DNA from: Thermodesulfobacteriota bacterium
Lineage (GTDB): Bacteria > Desulfobacterota > Desulfobulbia > Desulfobulbales > SURF-16
Assembly (NCBI GenBank): GCA_039715015.1
Contig: JBDLIE010000022.1
Location: 1 to 40,248, forward strand
DNA: 40,248 bases
Direction of reading: 5' to 3'
A program made the translations under genes and the position numbers. Each line of letters starts with the position of its first letter. Position 1 is the stretch's first letter. Under the pieces are notes generated by a model that saw only the letters and a program-made list of their open reading frames with translations, had not been told where the DNA came from and made no database searches. Of the stretch, positions 38,128-40,248 are shown piece by piece.

Positions 38128-39060
38128 TTAATTTATCAACCAGATGGCGAGATCACTGGTACTGGCCAGCAACCTGTCACTGACCCCACCCAGCACCCCT
38201 TTGCGTACGTCCGGATCCCGGCGGCCCATGACAATGGTGCCGAAATTCTTATGCCAGGCCTGCAGGGCAATATCGCGGGCCGTTTCCAGGCCGCGACTGA
38301 CCTCAAGACGATGGACATTGGCCATATCAAAACCGTTTTCGCGCAGGAGCTGTTCAGGGGCATGAAAAACATGATCGTCAGCCAGAAGATTTTTCCGGCA
38401 CCACTCGGCCCCAAAGCTGAGCTCGCATTTTTCAAGTTGGAGATCAGATCTTCTGGCAAAAAGGGAGTTGGAGTGAAAAAGGGTAATCTCCACCCCGGCA
38501 ATACCCTTGAAGATATAGCCGAGATGATCAACAGCCTTGAGGATATGACTGGAACCATCCACCGGCACCAGAATTTTCCGGGAGTCCACATGGCCGTCCA
38601 CCACCCAGATCGGAATGTCCCAGCATTTCTCAAGAATCGATTTGGTAACACTGCCAAGGATAAGGGCCTGGAGGCGACCGATACCCCGCCTGCCCACCAG
38701 CAGGGCGTCGTAATAGCCAGAGTGGGCGATCTTGACCAGGTCCGGGGCCACGCCCATTCTGGATAACTCCACCGAGGTTGTCATCTGCTCCTTGGCAAAG
38801 CCGTGGCGCACCAGGTGGTGGGCGGCCCGCTTCAGGTGGGCTTTGGCGGCCACGAACTGTTTTTTAGTGGCGGCGGACATGATATTCTTTCTATCCTCCG
38901 CATCAAGCCAGTCAGAGCCCACCGGCTCCTGACCGGCAGGCACAATGCAGATGAGGTGCAAAAAAACGTCTTTGGCCCCCTCAAACATCTGGCCCAGATA
39001 ATGGACCTCGTTAAGGGAACGAAAAGAACCATCCACTGCTACTAAAATTTTCTTTTCCAT
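38128..39060 (-). CDS. Tandem universal stress protein (2x Usp)
   Basis: KILVAVDGS...VGRRG...ILGSVT and KILVPVDGS...MGRR...LGGVS. Confidence 0.92.
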   Translation of the reverse strand: MEKKILVAVDGSFRSLNEVHYLGQMFEGAKDVFLHLICIVPAGQEPVGSDWLDAEDRKNIMSAATKKQFVAAKAHLKRAAHHLVRHGFAKEQMTTSVELSRMGVAPDLVKIAHSGYYDALLVGRRGIGRLQALILGSVTKSILEKCWDIPIWVVDGHVDSRKILVPVDGSSHILKAVDHLGYIFKGIAGVEITLFHSNSLFARRSDLQLEKCELSFGAEWCRKNLLADDHVFHAPEQLLRENGFDMANVHRLEVSRGLETARDIALQAWHKNFGTIVMGRRDPDVRKGVLGGVSDRLLASTSDLAIWLIN

Positions 39061-39194
39061 TACTGCTTCCTCAAGTCGTCAAACCCATGGCAGCTCACGT
39101 ACCGTGATCTTTGATCTTCAGTGTAGTGAAAGAGAAGAGCCACGGTCAACAGGAAAGGAAAACTTTTGCTCATGTTAATTTTCTATCATTCCAG

Positions 39195-40248
39195 TTACTT
39201 AATCACAAGCCGCACGGCCGCAGCCGTCTTTTTGCCGCCCTGGGCGGCCAGGGCCTGAGGCTCGACGACAAAGAGCCTCTCCGGGGCGACTGCCCCTTTC
39301 TCCGCCAGATAATGCAGGGCCTGGTTGGCGCGGTCGATGGCCAGCAAGCGGAGCTGATCATCCGGCACCTTGAGGCTGGCTACTACATACTCTTCCATCT
39401 CTGCCTCTGTTTTAGGGCCGGGCGGCGTTACCTGACCGGAAGCCTTCTGGCGCAAGTCAAAAATTCTTTTAAGATACCGACCATACTCCTCCTCACTCAG
39501 AAGCACAGCGGCCTGGGCAGCCTCATCGCCTTGGGGAAGCTTTGCCTCCTGGAGTTTCTGGAGTTTCATCATCTTAACAAGAAGCTGATGGGCAAGCGCC
39601 CTGCGGTCCGGCGCCTCATCGACCTGGCCCATGATATCCATTTTAAGACCCGGCCTCTCAAAAAGAACATAGGCTATCTTATCAAGTTTAGCCTGGGCCT
39701 CGGCGGTGATGCCTGCCATCCCCGGTTCAAAGGAAACCGTTTGCAGATCCTCTCCCTCGGGGATCAACGAGCCAAGCAGGGCAAAGGGTGAAGTGGCAGC
39801 CTTGGCGATCAAATTAACCAAGACCTTAAATATGACGCCGCCGATACTGAATTCCGGATCGTCCAGATTACCATCCACCGGTATATCAAGGCTAATTTCA
39901 CCCTGCCTATTCTTGAGAAGGGCGATGGCCAGGGAGACTGGGAGATTCAGGTCGTCCGGACTGTCCACTTTTTCCCCCAGGGTAAACTGGTCCAGAAAGA
40001 GATTGTTTTTGCCAGCCAGATCCCGGCCCTTAACGAGGTAATGCAAATCAAAATTGAGCTTGCCCTTTTCGGTTTTATAGCCCACATAGGTGCCGGTGTA
40101 CGGTGAAGCATGGCTCAGGTCAAGGTCACGAAAATCCACCTGCAGATCAACAAAGAGATCCTCCTGAAGAGGATTGACCTTACCGCTGATGATCAGGGGG
40201 GCATGCTGGTTAACCTTGCCGCGCAAATCCAGGCGCGCCTGGCTCTCC
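39195..40248 (-). CDS. DUF748-family protein, 3' part with OmpA-like C-terminus (starts outside the window)
   Basis: SPYTGTYVGY..EKGKL, LPVSLAIALLKNRQGEISLDIPV.G.LDDPEF, KAATSPFALL, LAIDRA. The frame stays open to the window edge. Confidence 0.8.
   Translation of the reverse strand, partial: ESQARLDLRGKVNQHAPLIISGKVNPLQEDLFVDLQVDFRDLDLSHASPYTGTYVGYKTEKGKLNFDLHYLVKGRDLAGKNNLFLDQFTLGEKVDSPDDLNLPVSLAIALLKNRQGEISLDIPVDGNLDDPEFSIGGVIFKVLVNLIAKAATSPFALLGSLIPEGEDLQTVSFEPGMAGITAEAQAKLDKIAYVLFERPGLKMDIMGQVDEAPDRRALAHQLLVKMMKLQKLQEAKLPQGDEAAQAAVLLSEEEYGRYLKRIFDLRQKASGQVTPPGPKTEAEMEEYVVASLKVPDDQLRLLAIDRANQALHYLAEKGAVAPERLFVVEPQALAAQGGKKTAAAVRLVIK

Noticed and set aside
35341..38766. Long plus-strand ORFs (385, 251 and 345 aa) opposite the ATPase and Usp genes
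   Set aside because: Shadow ORFs of GC-rich genes; the minus-strand genes carry all expected motifs.

Overview
Core-chromosome segment of a dissimilatory sulfur-metabolising Desulfobacterota bacterium (Desulfobulbales-like; an inference from gene content and protein style). Almost all genes lie on the minus strand. From left to right: the 5' end of tuf with its canonical tRNA operon (Thr-TGT, Tyr-GTA, Gly-TCC, Thr-GGT); aprBA-qmoABC (APS reductase and its Qmo electron-transfer complex); a divergent YkgJ-family Cys-cluster gene; an orphan sensor kinase and a radical SAM gene; a dcw cluster (mraZ-rsmH-ftsL-ftsI-murE-murF-mraY-murD-murG-murC-murB-ftsQ-ftsA-ftsZ); a PilZ pseudogene; a LOG-family gene; a degenerate-GGDEF/TPR gene; selA; a P2-type ATPase; a tandem universal stress protein; and a partial DUF748 gene. 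No transposase, phage gene or CRISPR array was seen. Most striking: the dcw cluster has no ftsW (and no ddl), and its intact-length FtsI homologue has lost all three transpeptidase motifs (SxxK, SxN, KTG). This suggests an unusual divisome, provided active copies are not encoded elsewhere in the genome. Other oddities are a P-type ATPase with PTALP in place of PEGLP, a terminator-like hairpin inside the qmo operon, a decayed MITE-like insert between murE and murF, and an internally deleted PilZ gene. All calls come from reading motifs by eye; no database searches were run.
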